Notes under the pieces: model-generated | Told to the model about the DNA's origin: nothing | Seen by the model: the letters and a program-made list of their open reading frames with translations, nothing else | The model's database searches: none | Origin: Alphaproteobacteria bacterium | GTDB taxonomy: Bacteria; Pseudomonadota; Alphaproteobacteria; Caulobacterales; Caulobacteraceae | NCBI GenBank assembly: GCA_018820665.1 | Contig: JAHJNW010000067.1 | Location: forward strand, 18,969-82,968 | DNA length: 64,000 nucleotides | Direction: 5' to 3' | Part shown: positions 51,069-60,943 of the stretch, piece by piece | How the letters are laid out: each line of letters starts with the position of its first letter | How positions within the stretch are numbered: the first letter of the stretch is position 1 | Program-made: the position numbers and the translations under genes

Positions 51069-53372
51069 CTAGAAGGTCGTCCGCCACTGACCCGTCAGAC
51101 CCACGGCGGGAGCCGCGGCGCGCACATGCCGGTCATCCCGCGAGAGGACGGCGCGAAGGCTCAGATGCGACCCATCCGGCAACTGATGCAGGCTGCCCAG
51201 GGCGAGGTCGATCTGGCGGCCGGTCGGACTGGCCGAGAACCGCCGCTCGGAAAAGGTCAGCGGGTCGAAATAGGCGAGGGGCGCATCGGCCAGCCAGGCG
51301 CTGAACTCGCCGCTCTCGACCCGCAAGGGCTGGGAAATCGACCAGGTCAGGGACCGGCACCCGAACCCCATTTCGCTGCAGACCGTCGTCAGGCCGAACC
51401 GCCAGTTGGAGCTGATCGCGGCTTCCGACAGCGACATGAACTGACCGGACAGGCCGGTTCTGGCCCAGCCCGCTTCCGCGTCCAGCCACAGGTTGGACGC
51501 CAGGCCGAACCGCCCCGAGACGGCGGCGAAGCTGGTCTGGCTCGGCATGTCGAATCCGGACCCGATCGGCGCATAGGCGCCGAGCGGCCCCATCCGCTCC
51601 GACAGTTCGCCGCCGGCGAAGGTCATCCGCACCGCCTCTGTCGCCTGCCAGTCCATGGCGAAGCGGGCGTAGCGCGACACGTCTTCCTCGCCCGCCTCGA
51701 ACGGCATCGGCCGGTCGCCGACCCCGGCGTCGGCGGTCAGGGTCAGCGCCCCGAGGCGCACCGCCCCCAGCCAGGCGCGATCCACCTGGGCCAGCGAGGC
51801 GAACCCGTCCGCGGCGCCGAGTTCGAAGGGGGACCGGACGCCGTTCTGACCCCGCCACACCGCGACCGCGCCGAAGCCGGTGGTGAAGTCCACCCTGACA
51901 TCGTCGCCACGCCCCTCGTGCAGCCACGGCGTCAGGGCCCGGCCGGCCGCGACAGGATCGTGGGCCTCATCATCCATCGAGACGCCGGACGTCAGGGACA
52001 GCTGGCCGCCCAGCGGGGTGGCGACGCTGAGCGTCGCCTGCCGTCGCCCGGCGCCGGGCAGGCGTGCCCGGTCGGCGCGCGGCGCATTCCCGTAGGCCGC
52101 GCCGAGATCGACCCGAAACAGGCGGTCGAACGAGTCGTGACCCACCGTGGCCAGACCGGCGCGGACTCGCAGGGCGTCGCCAAACGCCGCCCCCGAATAG
52201 GCGAACTGCTGCGCAGTGACGGAGAGGGAACCGCCGGCCGGCATGGCGACGCTGGTCGAACCGACGGGCCGGAAGGCGTTGGCGAGGTCGAGCACGCCGC
52301 GGCCGCGCACGGCGTCGATTCCGCCGTCGCCGAAGTCCCGCGCCGTCACGAGCAGGATCTCGACCGCTTCGCGCGGCGACAGGTTCGGGAAGGCGTCGAG
52401 CAGGAGGGCCAGCGCGCCCGCGACGGCCGGCGCCGCGAAGGAGGTGCCCGACACGACCCAGCAGGACTCGCCGTCGCAATCGGTCGCCACCCGCTCGCCC
52501 GGCGCGCTGATGTAGAAGGCGGCGGAGACGCCGGCGCGGTTCGAGAAATCGGACAGGACGTTGACGTCGTTGTGGGAGCCGACGACGATGATGTTGCCGG
52601 CGAAGCGGGGATCGGCCGCATAGCGGCCCGGCCATTCCGGATTGCCGCCTGTGCTCTCGTCGCCCGCATTGCCCGCCGCGATGGTGAAGACGACGCCGGC
52701 GCTGACCGCCCGTTGAAGGGCGGCCTCGAAGGCCGGACCGAGGGGACTCTCCCCGCCCAGCGACATGTTCACGACCCGGATGTCGTTGGAGACCGCATAG
52801 TCGATGGCGCGGACCAGATCGGACGACTGGAAACAGACGTCGTCGTCGGGCTCGTCGCAGTCGCTGACGTCGGCGCGGATCGAGACGATGGTCGATTCAT
52901 AGGCGACGCCGATCGTGCCGAAGCCGTTGTGCGCGGCGGCGACCATACCCGACACGCGCGTTCCGTGACGATCATTCGATGAGGGCGCGTTGCGACCGAC
53001 GATGACGTCCGTGGACAGGGAGGTGGATATCCGTCCCGCCAGGTCCGGCTGGTTGAAATCGATCCCGCTGTCGACCACCGCAACAGCGATGCCGGCCCCC
53101 GTGGCGCCCGTGTTCCAGGCGCGGAAGGCGCCGACGTTGTCAATACCGTAGTTGCGCTGGAACTCGGCCGACCCGGGGTCCGGCAGCGAAGGCGGAGGAG
53201 GTGGGGGTGGAGGCGGGGGCGGCGGCGGTGGTGGAGGCGGTGGCGGTGGCGGCGGAACCGGCGAAACCACGCTTCCCCCGCCGCCTCCTCCGCCGCCGCA
53301 AGCGGCCAGCGGCGCGACCAAAGCCGCGATTAAAAGCCATCCCGGGATCGACCGTGACCGATGAATGCGCAC
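51069..53372 (-). CDS. S8 subtilisin-like serine protease lipoprotein with poly-Pro linker and C-terminal beta-rich domain
   Basis: LAAC lipobox; VVDSG, HGTRV, AAGN, SGTSFAAP; terminal Phe; GTG start inferred. Confidence 0.88.
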   Translation of the reverse strand: MRIHRSRSIPGWLLIAALVAPLAACGGGGGGGGSVVSPVPPPPPPPPPPPPPPPPPPPPPPSLPDPGSAEFQRNYGIDNVGAFRAWNTGATGAGIAVAVVDSGIDFNQPDLAGRISTSLSTDVIVGRNAPSSNDRHGTRVSGMVAAAHNGFGTIGVAYESTIVSIRADVSDCDEPDDDVCFQSSDLVRAIDYAVSNDIRVVNMSLGGESPLGPAFEAALQRAVSAGVVFTIAAGNAGDESTGGNPEWPGRYAADPRFAGNIIVVGSHNDVNVLSDFSNRAGVSAAFYISAPGERVATDCDGESCWVVSGTSFAAPAVAGALALLLDAFPNLSPREAVEILLVTARDFGDGGIDAVRGRGVLDLANAFRPVGSTSVAMPAGGSLSVTAQQFAYSGAAFGDALRVRAGLATVGHDSFDRLFRVDLGAAYGNAPRADRARLPGAGRRQATLSVATPLGGQLSLTSGVSMDDEAHDPVAAGRALTPWLHEGRGDDVRVDFTTGFGAVAVWRGQNGVRSPFELGAADGFASLAQVDRAWLGAVRLGALTLTADAGVGDRPMPFEAGEEDVSRYARFAMDWQATEAVRMTFAGGELSERMGPLGAYAPIGSGFDMPSQTSFAAVSGRFGLASNLWLDAEAGWARTGLSGQFMSLSEAAISSNWRFGLTTVCSEMGFGCRSLTWSISQPLRVESGEFSAWLADAPLAYFDPLTFSERRFSASPTGRQIDLALGSLHQLPDGSHLSLRAVLSRDDRHVRAAAPAVGLTGQWRTTF
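53190..53255 (-). repeat. 22 consecutive proline codons
   Basis: (NGG)22 on the + strand; all four Pro codons used. Confidence 0.9.
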
Positions 53373-53471
53373 TGAACTCTCACCCCAACTCACGCCCCGT
53401 TCGGAGGCTAGGGCCACGGTCGCGCAAAGCGCAATCATTTTGCCGGGACGAGCGCGTCTTTCGGTCGAAAC

Positions 53472-54050
53472 CTACTCCACCGCGGCCGCCGGTTCGGACG
53501 GCGGCGACGGCGGACCGGCCGGAAGCGGGGACGCCTCGCGCCAGGCCGCGGCCGGATTCAGCGCCGCCGTCGCCTCCAGGAACGTGCCCGGCTTCATTGA
53601 CGGCTCCGCCGCCGTGCGCAGTCCGGCGATCCGCGCCAGATCGGCGATGAAGGTGATGCAGTTGCGCCGCCGCAGGTCATAGACCGAGCCTTCGGGGCTG
53701 TTCCACCACTCGGCCCGCGCCTTCAGCGCATACCAGGTGGCGTCATCGACCGTCAGCGTCAGGAATGGCTTGCCCTCGTCGACGTAGCGGGCGTCCGGCG
53801 CCGTAACCACGCCGCCGCCGCGGGTGAACAGCAGATGCGGACCGGGGCTCTTCGCGGTGAAGCCGGCCGACCAGTCGACCGGTTGGCCCGTGGCGTCCTC
53901 GGTCCCTTCGGCATGCACATAGGCGTGGGGGAACAGCAGATCCCCGCCCCGCACCCGTGCGCCGGGGTGGGCGTAGAAGGTGACCGTCACCTCGGCCCAG
54001 GCGTGGCCGGCGATCAGGGCCAGAAGAGCACCCAGCAACCATGCGCGCAT
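53472..54050 (-). CDS. Exported hypothetical protein, probable permuted papain-like fold
   Basis: Signal peptide (AWA); N-terminal PHAY and C-terminal YDLRRRNCITF (His before Cys). Confidence 0.6.
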   Translation of the reverse strand: MRAWLLGALLALIAGHAWAEVTVTFYAHPGARVRGGDLLFPHAYVHAEGTEDATGQPVDWSAGFTAKSPGPHLLFTRGGGVVTAPDARYVDEGKPFLTLTVDDATWYALKARAEWWNSPEGSVYDLRRRNCITFIADLARIAGLRTAAEPSMKPGTFLEATAALNPAAAWREASPLPAGPPSPPSEPAAAVE

Positions 54051-54158
54051 ACCGTCAGTCTCCGTGCCGCCCGGCCCGATGATGGCGGACCCTCCGGAAC
54101 GCGCAAGGGCCGCCGGGGATGCGCTCCCCGACGGCCCTCGTTCTGTGCGCCTTGACGG

Positions 54159-55691
54159 TCAGTGCGAGGTCGGCGCCGCGACCACGTCGCCGCCCCGGGC
54201 GCGGGTGCGCGCGGCGGCCACCGCGAACACGGTCAACAGGACATAGCCGATCATCGGCACCACAAAGGCCATGTTCAGATTGCTCAGGTCCGCCACCCGG
54301 CCGCCGATCAGCGGCAGGATCGCCCCGCCGATGATGGCCATGCACAGCAGGCCGGAGGTCGCCGACGCGCCGGCCGTGGACCGTTCCAGCGTCAGGGTGA
54401 AGATGGCGGGGAACATGATCGAGTTGAACAGACCCACGGCCAGGGCCGCGAACGCCGCGTTGACGCCCCCGGTCTGGGTGACGATCAGGCACAGGATGGC
54501 GGCGCAGGCCGTGCAGACGGAGAGCAGAACCCCCGCCGGCACTCGCGTCAGGAAGGCGCTGCCGGCGAAGCGGCCCATCAGGGCGCCGGCCCAGTACAGG
54601 GCCACCAGCCGGCCCGCGTCGTGGATCGGCAGGCCGAGGGTGCGGTCCGAATGCAGCAGATTGGTCATCAGGCTGCCGATGGTCACTTCCGAGCCGACAT
54701 AGATGAAGATCGCGATCGCGCCGAACACGGCCCAGCGCGAGTTCAGCGCCTTCAGCGGCGACCCCGGCGTTTCCGCCGCCGCGCTGGCGGCGCTGGCCGA
54801 GGTCAGCTTGCCGCGCACCGTCCAGATGAAGGCGCCCAGCAGGGCGAAGAACACCGCCAGGCCGATGAAGATGGTGTCGATGTTGCGCAGGGTCGCGGCC
54901 CGCGCCGTCTCGTCCATCACCACCGGAGCCGTCTCCGCCGCCACACTCGCCGCCGAGGCGGCGGCCGAGGCCGCATAGCCGCCCATGCCGCCGACGTAGT
55001 TGTGCAGGAAGATCACCCAGCCGACGACCAGACCGGCCGCCGCGCCGACGACCAGCCAGCCCTTGACGTCCTTGCGCAGGGCGCCGACCAGCAGGCCGGC
55101 GACGAGGCCGAAGCCGACGCCGAGCAGGATCAGCAACAGGGCGGTGGGCGACGCCAGGGCGCTGACGCCGCCGACGGCGAAGATGCCGCCCGACAGCATG
55201 ACCGTCGCGCCCAGCAGCGGCCCGACCACCGTGCCGAGCGAGTTGAAGGCCTGCGAGAACACCAGCCGGAAATGGGAGCCCTTGGGCGTGCCCAGCGAGG
55301 CCGCCAGCGGATTGGCCGCGACCTGCAACAGGGTGACGCCCGCGGCGATGACGAACAGGGCCACCAGCACCCCGGGATAGAAGTCCGCGAGGGTGGACAG
55401 CGGCACGATCAAGGCGCCGAGGACCATCACCGCCAGCGCGCCGACGATCGACTTCGCATAGCCCAGCCGCGCCAGCACCGCCGCCGCCGGCAGCGAGACC
55501 ACGCCATAGGCCGTGAACCAGGCGAACTGGGTCAGCAGGGCCTCGGTGAAGTTCAGGTCGAAGACGCCCTTCACCGCCGCGATCAGCGGATCGATCAGCG
55601 CGGTGGCGAAGCCCCAGGCGAAGAACAGGGTGGTCACATAGGCGAAGGCGAGGGTGGTCCCCCCGCGCGCCGGCGTCTGTTGGTCGGTCAT
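54159..55691 (-). CDS. gluP: Glucose/galactose MFS transporter (GluP/FucP family)
   Basis: TLFFAWGF, LQVAANP, SQAFNSLG, IFIYVGSEV, NSIMFPAIF, AIIGGA. Confidence 0.88.
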   Translation of the reverse strand: MTDQQTPARGGTTLAFAYVTTLFFAWGFATALIDPLIAAVKGVFDLNFTEALLTQFAWFTAYGVVSLPAAAVLARLGYAKSIVGALAVMVLGALIVPLSTLADFYPGVLVALFVIAAGVTLLQVAANPLAASLGTPKGSHFRLVFSQAFNSLGTVVGPLLGATVMLSGGIFAVGGVSALASPTALLLILLGVGFGLVAGLLVGALRKDVKGWLVVGAAAGLVVGWVIFLHNYVGGMGGYAASAAASAASVAAETAPVVMDETARAATLRNIDTIFIGLAVFFALLGAFIWTVRGKLTSASAASAAAETPGSPLKALNSRWAVFGAIAIFIYVGSEVTIGSLMTNLLHSDRTLGLPIHDAGRLVALYWAGALMGRFAGSAFLTRVPAGVLLSVCTACAAILCLIVTQTGGVNAAFAALAVGLFNSIMFPAIFTLTLERSTAGASATSGLLCMAIIGGAILPLIGGRVADLSNLNMAFVVPMIGYVLLTVFAVAAARTRARGGDVVAAPTSH

Positions 55692-55735
55692 CTCACTCCC
55701 CGGGGTGGTCGCGCATCCGATGCGCACGACGCTTG

Positions 55736-55749
55736 CGTAAACGCTTTCA
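55736..55749. promoter_or_regulatory. LacI-family operator CGTAAACGCTTTCA
   Basis: Central-CG quasi-palindrome between the divergent gluP and alpha-glucosidase genes. Confidence 0.55.
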
Positions 55750-55858
55750 CCGTCATTGGCCTGCGTCCAGACGTTTTGCCAAGTCCGTAACCAAAAGTGG
55801 CCGCTATCCACAGCCGGCCCGGTCCGCGCTAGTCTGGCCAGGAACCCGGGGATTGAGC

Positions 55859-57484
55859 TTGACCGTACAGCCTTCCGACGTCCCGCCCGCCGCGTCCGAC
55901 GCCGCCGAATGGTGGCGCGGCGCGGTCATCTATCAGGTCTATCCGCGCAGCTTCGCCGACTCGAACGGCGACGGCGTCGGCGACCTGCAGGGCGTCACCG
56001 GCCGCCTCGACCACATCGCCTCGCTGGGCGTCGACGCCGTCTGGCTGTCGCCCTTCTTCACCTCGCCGATGAAGGATTTCGGCTACGACGTCTCCGACTA
56101 CCGCGACGTCGATCCGGTCTTCGGCGCCCTCGCCGACTTCGACGCCCTGATCGCCCGGGCGCACGAACTGGGCCTGAAGATCATCATCGACCTGGTCTTC
56201 GCCCACACCTCGGACCAACACGCCTGGTTCCACGAAAGCCGCCAGTCGCGCGCCAATCCCCGGGCCGACTGGTACGTCTGGGCCGATGCCAAGGCGGACG
56301 GCGCGCCGCCGTCGAACTGGCAGTCGGTGTTCGGCGGCCCGGCCTGGACCTGGGACGCCCGGCGCGGCCAGTACTATATGCACAATTTCCTCCCGGAGCA
56401 GCCGCAGCTCAACCTGCACCTGGCCGCCGTGCAGGACGCCCTGCTGGACGTCGCCCGCTTCTGGCTGGACCGCGGCGTCGACGGCTTCCGCTTCGACGCC
56501 ATCAATTTCGCCATGCACGACCCGCAGCTGCGGGACAATCCGCCCCTCCCCCCCGGCGGCAAGCGCACCCGGCCGTTCGACTTCCAGGACAAGGTCCACA
56601 ACCAGTCGCAGCCCGAAATCCCCGACTTCCTCAAACGCGTCCGCGCCCTGACCGACAGCTACGGCGGCCGTTTCAGCGTCGCCGAGGTGGCCGGCGACCA
56701 CCCCGAGGCCGAGATGCAGGCCTTCACCGCCGGCGAGGAGCATCTGAACAGCGCCTACGGCTTCCTCTATCTCTACGCCCCGACCTTCAGCGATCAGCTG
56801 GCGCGGCAGGGGGCCGAGACCTGGCACGGGCGCGACGGTCAGGGCTGGCCGTCCTGGGCCTTCTCCAACCACGACGCCCCGCGCGCCGTCTCGCGCTGGG
56901 CCGGCGGGCGCGATCCGCGGGCCTTCGCCGGCATGGCCATGCTGCTGCTGATGTGCCTGCGCGGCAATGTCTTCATCTACCAGGGCGAGGAGCTGGCCCT
57001 GCCCCAGGCCGAGGTGCCGTTCGACCGGCTGGTCGACCCCGAGGCCATCGCCAACTGGCCCCAGACCCTCGGCCGCGACGGCGCACGCACCCCCATGCCG
57101 TGGTCGGCCGACCAGCCGCACGCCGGCTTCTCGACCGCCGAGCCATGGCTGCCGGTCGACCCGCGCCACCTCGCCCTCGCCGTCGACCGGCAGGAGGCCG
57201 ACCCCTCCTCCATGCTCCACCTGACCCGGCGTCTGGTCGCCCTGCGCAAGGCCCACCCGGCCCTGACGCGCGGCGAGATGCGCCTGCTGGACGCCCCGCC
57301 GGGCCTGCTGTGCTTCGAGCGCGCGCTGGCCGGTGAGCGGCTCCTGTGCGTCTTCAACACCGTCGAACAGGCCCTCGACTGGACCGCCCCGGACGGCTGG
57401 CGCGTGATCGAGGCGGTCAACCTGCCGGAGGAGTCCGGCGGCCGTCTGCCGCCCACGGCCGGCCTGGTCCTCGCCCTCGACTGA
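55859..57484 (+). CDS. GH13 alpha-glucosidase
   Basis: WWRGAVIYQVYPRSFADSNGDGVGDL, DFGYDVSDY, GVDGFRFDA, SNHD, YQGEE, GRDGARTPMPW; start approximate. Confidence 0.93.
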   Translation: MTVQPSDVPPAASDAAEWWRGAVIYQVYPRSFADSNGDGVGDLQGVTGRLDHIASLGVDAVWLSPFFTSPMKDFGYDVSDYRDVDPVFGALADFDALIARAHELGLKIIIDLVFAHTSDQHAWFHESRQSRANPRADWYVWADAKADGAPPSNWQSVFGGPAWTWDARRGQYYMHNFLPEQPQLNLHLAAVQDALLDVARFWLDRGVDGFRFDAINFAMHDPQLRDNPPLPPGGKRTRPFDFQDKVHNQSQPEIPDFLKRVRALTDSYGGRFSVAEVAGDHPEAEMQAFTAGEEHLNSAYGFLYLYAPTFSDQLARQGAETWHGRDGQGWPSWAFSNHDAPRAVSRWAGGRDPRAFAGMAMLLLMCLRGNVFIYQGEELALPQAEVPFDRLVDPEAIANWPQTLGRDGARTPMPWSADQPHAGFSTAEPWLPVDPRHLALAVDRQEADPSSMLHLTRRLVALRKAHPALTRGEMRLLDAPPGLLCFERALAGERLLCVFNTVEQALDWTAPDGWRVIEAVNLPEESGGRLPPTAGLVLALD

Positions 57485-57596
57485 GCGCGGCGCCGCTCAC
57501 GTTTGGTTTCCCGCCATGGCCCGGCCGCCGGATTTGCGGCAAACCTCTCGCCGTCGCGCGACGCCGCGCGGCCCTGTTTGCGTGGAGTGGGTGTCG

Positions 57597-59672
57597 ATGC
57601 TGAACCGCCGGTCGTTGATCTCGGGAACCGCCGCCCTCTCGGCCCTGCCCGCCGCCGCGGCGGCCCAGGACGCCGCCCCGACCGGACCCCAGCCCGGCAG
57701 CGCCAGCGCCACCTCGCCCGACGGCGTCCTCTCCGTCGAGGTGACCGCCGACAAGGACGGCTTCGTGGCATACGCCGTCAGCCGGCTCGGCCGTCCGGTC
57801 ATCGCCTCCTCGCGCCTCGGCTTCCTGCTGACCGACGCCCGCAAGCTGGAGCGCGCCTTCGGCATCCTGACCCGGACCGTCACCAGCCACGACGACACAT
57901 GGGAGCAGCCGTGGGGCGAGCGCCGCTTCGTCCGCAACCGTTACACCCAGCTGCGCGTCGAACTGCAGGAGCGCTGGGGCCTGATGCGCCGCATGGATGT
58001 GGTCTTCCGTCTGTATGACGACGGTCTCGGCTTCCGCTGCGAGTTCCCGGAGCAGCCCAATCTGACCACCGCCAGCATCGGCGCCGAACTGACCGAATTC
58101 ACGGTGACGGACGCCGGCACGGCCTGGTGGCTGCCGGCCTTCGAGTACAACCGCGCCGAATATCTCTACAACAAGACCGCCATCGACGCGGTCGGCGTCA
58201 GCCAGACGCCGCTGACGATGCGGCTCGACGACGGCACCCACCTGTCGATCCACGAGGCGGCCCTCGTCGACTACGCCGGTATGAACCTGCGCCGGGTCGA
58301 GGGCGGCAAATTCCGCGCCATGCTGACCCCCGGCCTGACCAGCGCCGCCGTCGTGCGCCAGACCCCCTTCCACACCCCTTGGCGGACGCTGCAGATCGCC
58401 GACCAGGCCGGCGGCCTCGTCGAATCCAGCCTGATCCTGAACCTCAACGAGCCCAACAAACTGGGCGACGTCAGCTGGTTCACCCCGATGAAATACATCG
58501 GCATCTGGTGGGACATGCACCTCGACACCCGCAGCTGGAACTCGGGGCCCAAGCACGGCGCCACCACCGACTACACCCTGCGGCAGATCGATTTCGCCGC
58601 CGAGCACGGCTTCGGCGGCGTGCTGGTCGAGGGCTGGAATGTCGGCTGGGACGGCGAGTGGTTCGGGGCCGGCTGGGACTACAGCTTCACCGAGGCCTAT
58701 CCCGATTTCGACATCGACCGCGTCGCCGCCCACGCCCGGGCGAAGGGCGTCGAGATCGTCGGCCACCACGAGACCGGCGGCAACGCCTTCCACTACGAAC
58801 AGCAGCTCGACGCCGCCTTCGGCCTGATGCAGCGGCACGGCTGGCACACGGTCAAGACCGGCTATGTCGCCGACGCCGGCGGGGCCCATGTCACCGGCCC
58901 GGACGGCAAGGCCCATCTGGCCTGGCACGAGAGTCAGCCGATGGTCCGCCACCACCAGACCGTGGTCGAGACCGCCGCCCGCTATCAGGTCGCCGTCAAC
59001 GCCCATGAGCCGGTCAAGGACACCGGCCTGCGCCGGACCTGGCCCAACACCATCACCCGCGAGGGCGCGCGCGGCATGGAGTATGCGGCCTGGGGCCAGC
59101 CCGGCAATCCGCCCGAGCACGAGGTCAATCTGGTCTTCACCCGCCTGCTGGCCGGGCCCATGGATTACACGCCGGGCGTCCTCGGCATGGAGACGCGCGT
59201 GCCCGGCGGGGTGCAGACGACCTGGGCCAAACAGCTGGCCCTGTATGTGACGATCTACAGCCCGATCCAGATGGCCGCCGACCTGCTCGAGAACTACGAG
59301 AAGAACCCCGGCCCGTTCCAGTTCATCAAGGATGTCGCCGTCGACTGGGCCGACACCCGGGTGCTCAGCGGCGAGGTCGGGGATTACGTCACCATCGCCC
59401 GCAAGGACCGCAACTCGGACGAATGGTTCCTCGGCGCCATCACCGACGAACAGCCGCGCGTCCTGACCGCCGCCCTGGCCTTCCTCGATCCCGGCCGCCG
59501 CTACCGCGCCGAGATCTACGCCGACGCCGCCGGCGCCGACTACCAGACCAACCGCGAGGCGATCGACATCACCACCCGCGAGGTCACCTCGGCCGAGACC
59601 CTGACCCTGCGTCTCGCCCCCGGCGGCGGCCAGGCCATCCGCTTCGTTCCGCTGGGACAGGCGCGTCGCTGA
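57597..59672 (+). CDS. GH97 alpha-glucosidase, Tat-exported
   Basis: NRRSLI Tat signal; KYIGIWW, LVEGWNVGW, HHET, VKTGYV, AHEP, REGARGMEY, GPMDYTPG. Confidence 0.92.
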   Translation: MLNRRSLISGTAALSALPAAAAAQDAAPTGPQPGSASATSPDGVLSVEVTADKDGFVAYAVSRLGRPVIASSRLGFLLTDARKLERAFGILTRTVTSHDDTWEQPWGERRFVRNRYTQLRVELQERWGLMRRMDVVFRLYDDGLGFRCEFPEQPNLTTASIGAELTEFTVTDAGTAWWLPAFEYNRAEYLYNKTAIDAVGVSQTPLTMRLDDGTHLSIHEAALVDYAGMNLRRVEGGKFRAMLTPGLTSAAVVRQTPFHTPWRTLQIADQAGGLVESSLILNLNEPNKLGDVSWFTPMKYIGIWWDMHLDTRSWNSGPKHGATTDYTLRQIDFAAEHGFGGVLVEGWNVGWDGEWFGAGWDYSFTEAYPDFDIDRVAAHARAKGVEIVGHHETGGNAFHYEQQLDAAFGLMQRHGWHTVKTGYVADAGGAHVTGPDGKAHLAWHESQPMVRHHQTVVETAARYQVAVNAHEPVKDTGLRRTWPNTITREGARGMEYAAWGQPGNPPEHEVNLVFTRLLAGPMDYTPGVLGMETRVPGGVQTTWAKQLALYVTIYSPIQMAADLLENYEKNPGPFQFIKDVAVDWADTRVLSGEVGDYVTIARKDRNSDEWFLGAITDEQPRVLTAALAFLDPGRRYRAEIYADAAGADYQTNREAIDITTREVTSAETLTLRLAPGGGQAIRFVPLGQARR

Positions 59673-59727
59673 CCCGTGGCCGGAGAAGGCGGATGACGGA
59701 GGCGACGCCGGGCGCTAACCAGTGCCC

Positions 59728-60747
59728 ATGACCCAAGGCCCCGTCCTCGTCACCGGCTCGGCCGGCTTCATCGGCTTCCACACGGCGCAGCGCCTGCTGG
59801 CGCGCGGCGAGACGGTGATCGGCGTCGACAATCTGAACAGCTATTACGACCCGGCGCTGAAACACGCCCGGCTGGAGCGGCTGCAGGCCGATCCCAACTA
59901 CGTCCACCACACCCTCGACCTCGCCGACCGGCCCGGCATGACCGCCCTGTTCGCCGACCATTCGCCGCGCCGCATCGTCCATCTCGGGGCCCAGGCCGGG
60001 GTCCGCTACAGCCTCGAACACCCCGAGAGCTACGTCGATTGCAACGTCGTCGGCTTCCTCACCGTGCTGGAGGGCGCCCGCGCCGTGCGGGCCGAACATC
60101 TGGTCTTCGCCTCGACCAGTTCCGCCTTCGGCGCCAACGGCGCCCTGCCCTTCTCGGTGCGGCAGGGCGCAGCCCATCCGCTGACCGTCTACGCCGCCAC
60201 CAAGATCGCCAACGAGGCGATGGCGCACAGCTACTCCCATCTGTTCGGCTTCCCCTCGACCGGCCTGCGCTTCTTCACCGTCTACGGACCGTGGGGTCGC
60301 CCGGACATGGCGCTGTTCAAATTCACGAAAGCCATCCTCGAAGGCCGTCCGATTGACGTCTATGGCCACGGCGAGATGCAGCGCGACTTCACCTATGTCG
60401 ACGACATCGTCGAGGGCGTGGTCGGGGCGCTCGACCGCCCGGCCGCCGTCGATCCCGACTGGGACGCGACCCGGCCCAACCCCTCGACCAGCGGCGTCGC
60501 CCCGTGGCGCATCCTCAACCTCGGCGCCGGCCGCCGTGAACAGCTGATGCGCTATATCGCGGTGCTGGAAGAGGCGCTGGGCCGCAAGGCCGAACTGAAC
60601 CTGATGCCGGTCCAGGATGGCGACGTGGTCCGCACCGAGGCCGATGTGACCGAAACCCGCGCAGCCCTCGGCTACTCCCCCTCGACCCCGATCGAAACCG
60701 GGGTGAAACATTTCGTCGACTGGTACCGCGACTTCTACGCTGTCTGA
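59728..60747 (+). CDS. UDP-glucuronate 4-epimerase
   Basis: VTGSAGFIGFH, HLGAQAGVRYSL, YAATK, LRFFTVYGPWGRPDMA. Confidence 0.9.
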   Translation: MTQGPVLVTGSAGFIGFHTAQRLLARGETVIGVDNLNSYYDPALKHARLERLQADPNYVHHTLDLADRPGMTALFADHSPRRIVHLGAQAGVRYSLEHPESYVDCNVVGFLTVLEGARAVRAEHLVFASTSSAFGANGALPFSVRQGAAHPLTVYAATKIANEAMAHSYSHLFGFPSTGLRFFTVYGPWGRPDMALFKFTKAILEGRPIDVYGHGEMQRDFTYVDDIVEGVVGALDRPAAVDPDWDATRPNPSTSGVAPWRILNLGAGRREQLMRYIAVLEEALGRKAELNLMPVQDGDVVRTEADVTETRAALGYSPSTPIETGVKHFVDWYRDFYAV

Positions 60748-60943
60748 CGCAGACGCGAAGGCCCGGGGCAAGGCCGTGCCGTGACAACCGCCCGCGCCCG
60801 GGATGGCGCAGCGTCACCGCATCGTATTGCACCGCACACGAAATGAATTGCCTGCCGCACCGCAATAGTCTCCTATCCCAATCCGCGGCGTCGAACGCGG
60901 GTTCGGGCCGGGACCTTCTGTTTTCCAGAGCTTGGGCGCGCGC

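Noticed and set aside
48796-51072. 758-aa + strand ORF
   Set aside because: Antisense shadow of the manC-AGE fusion.
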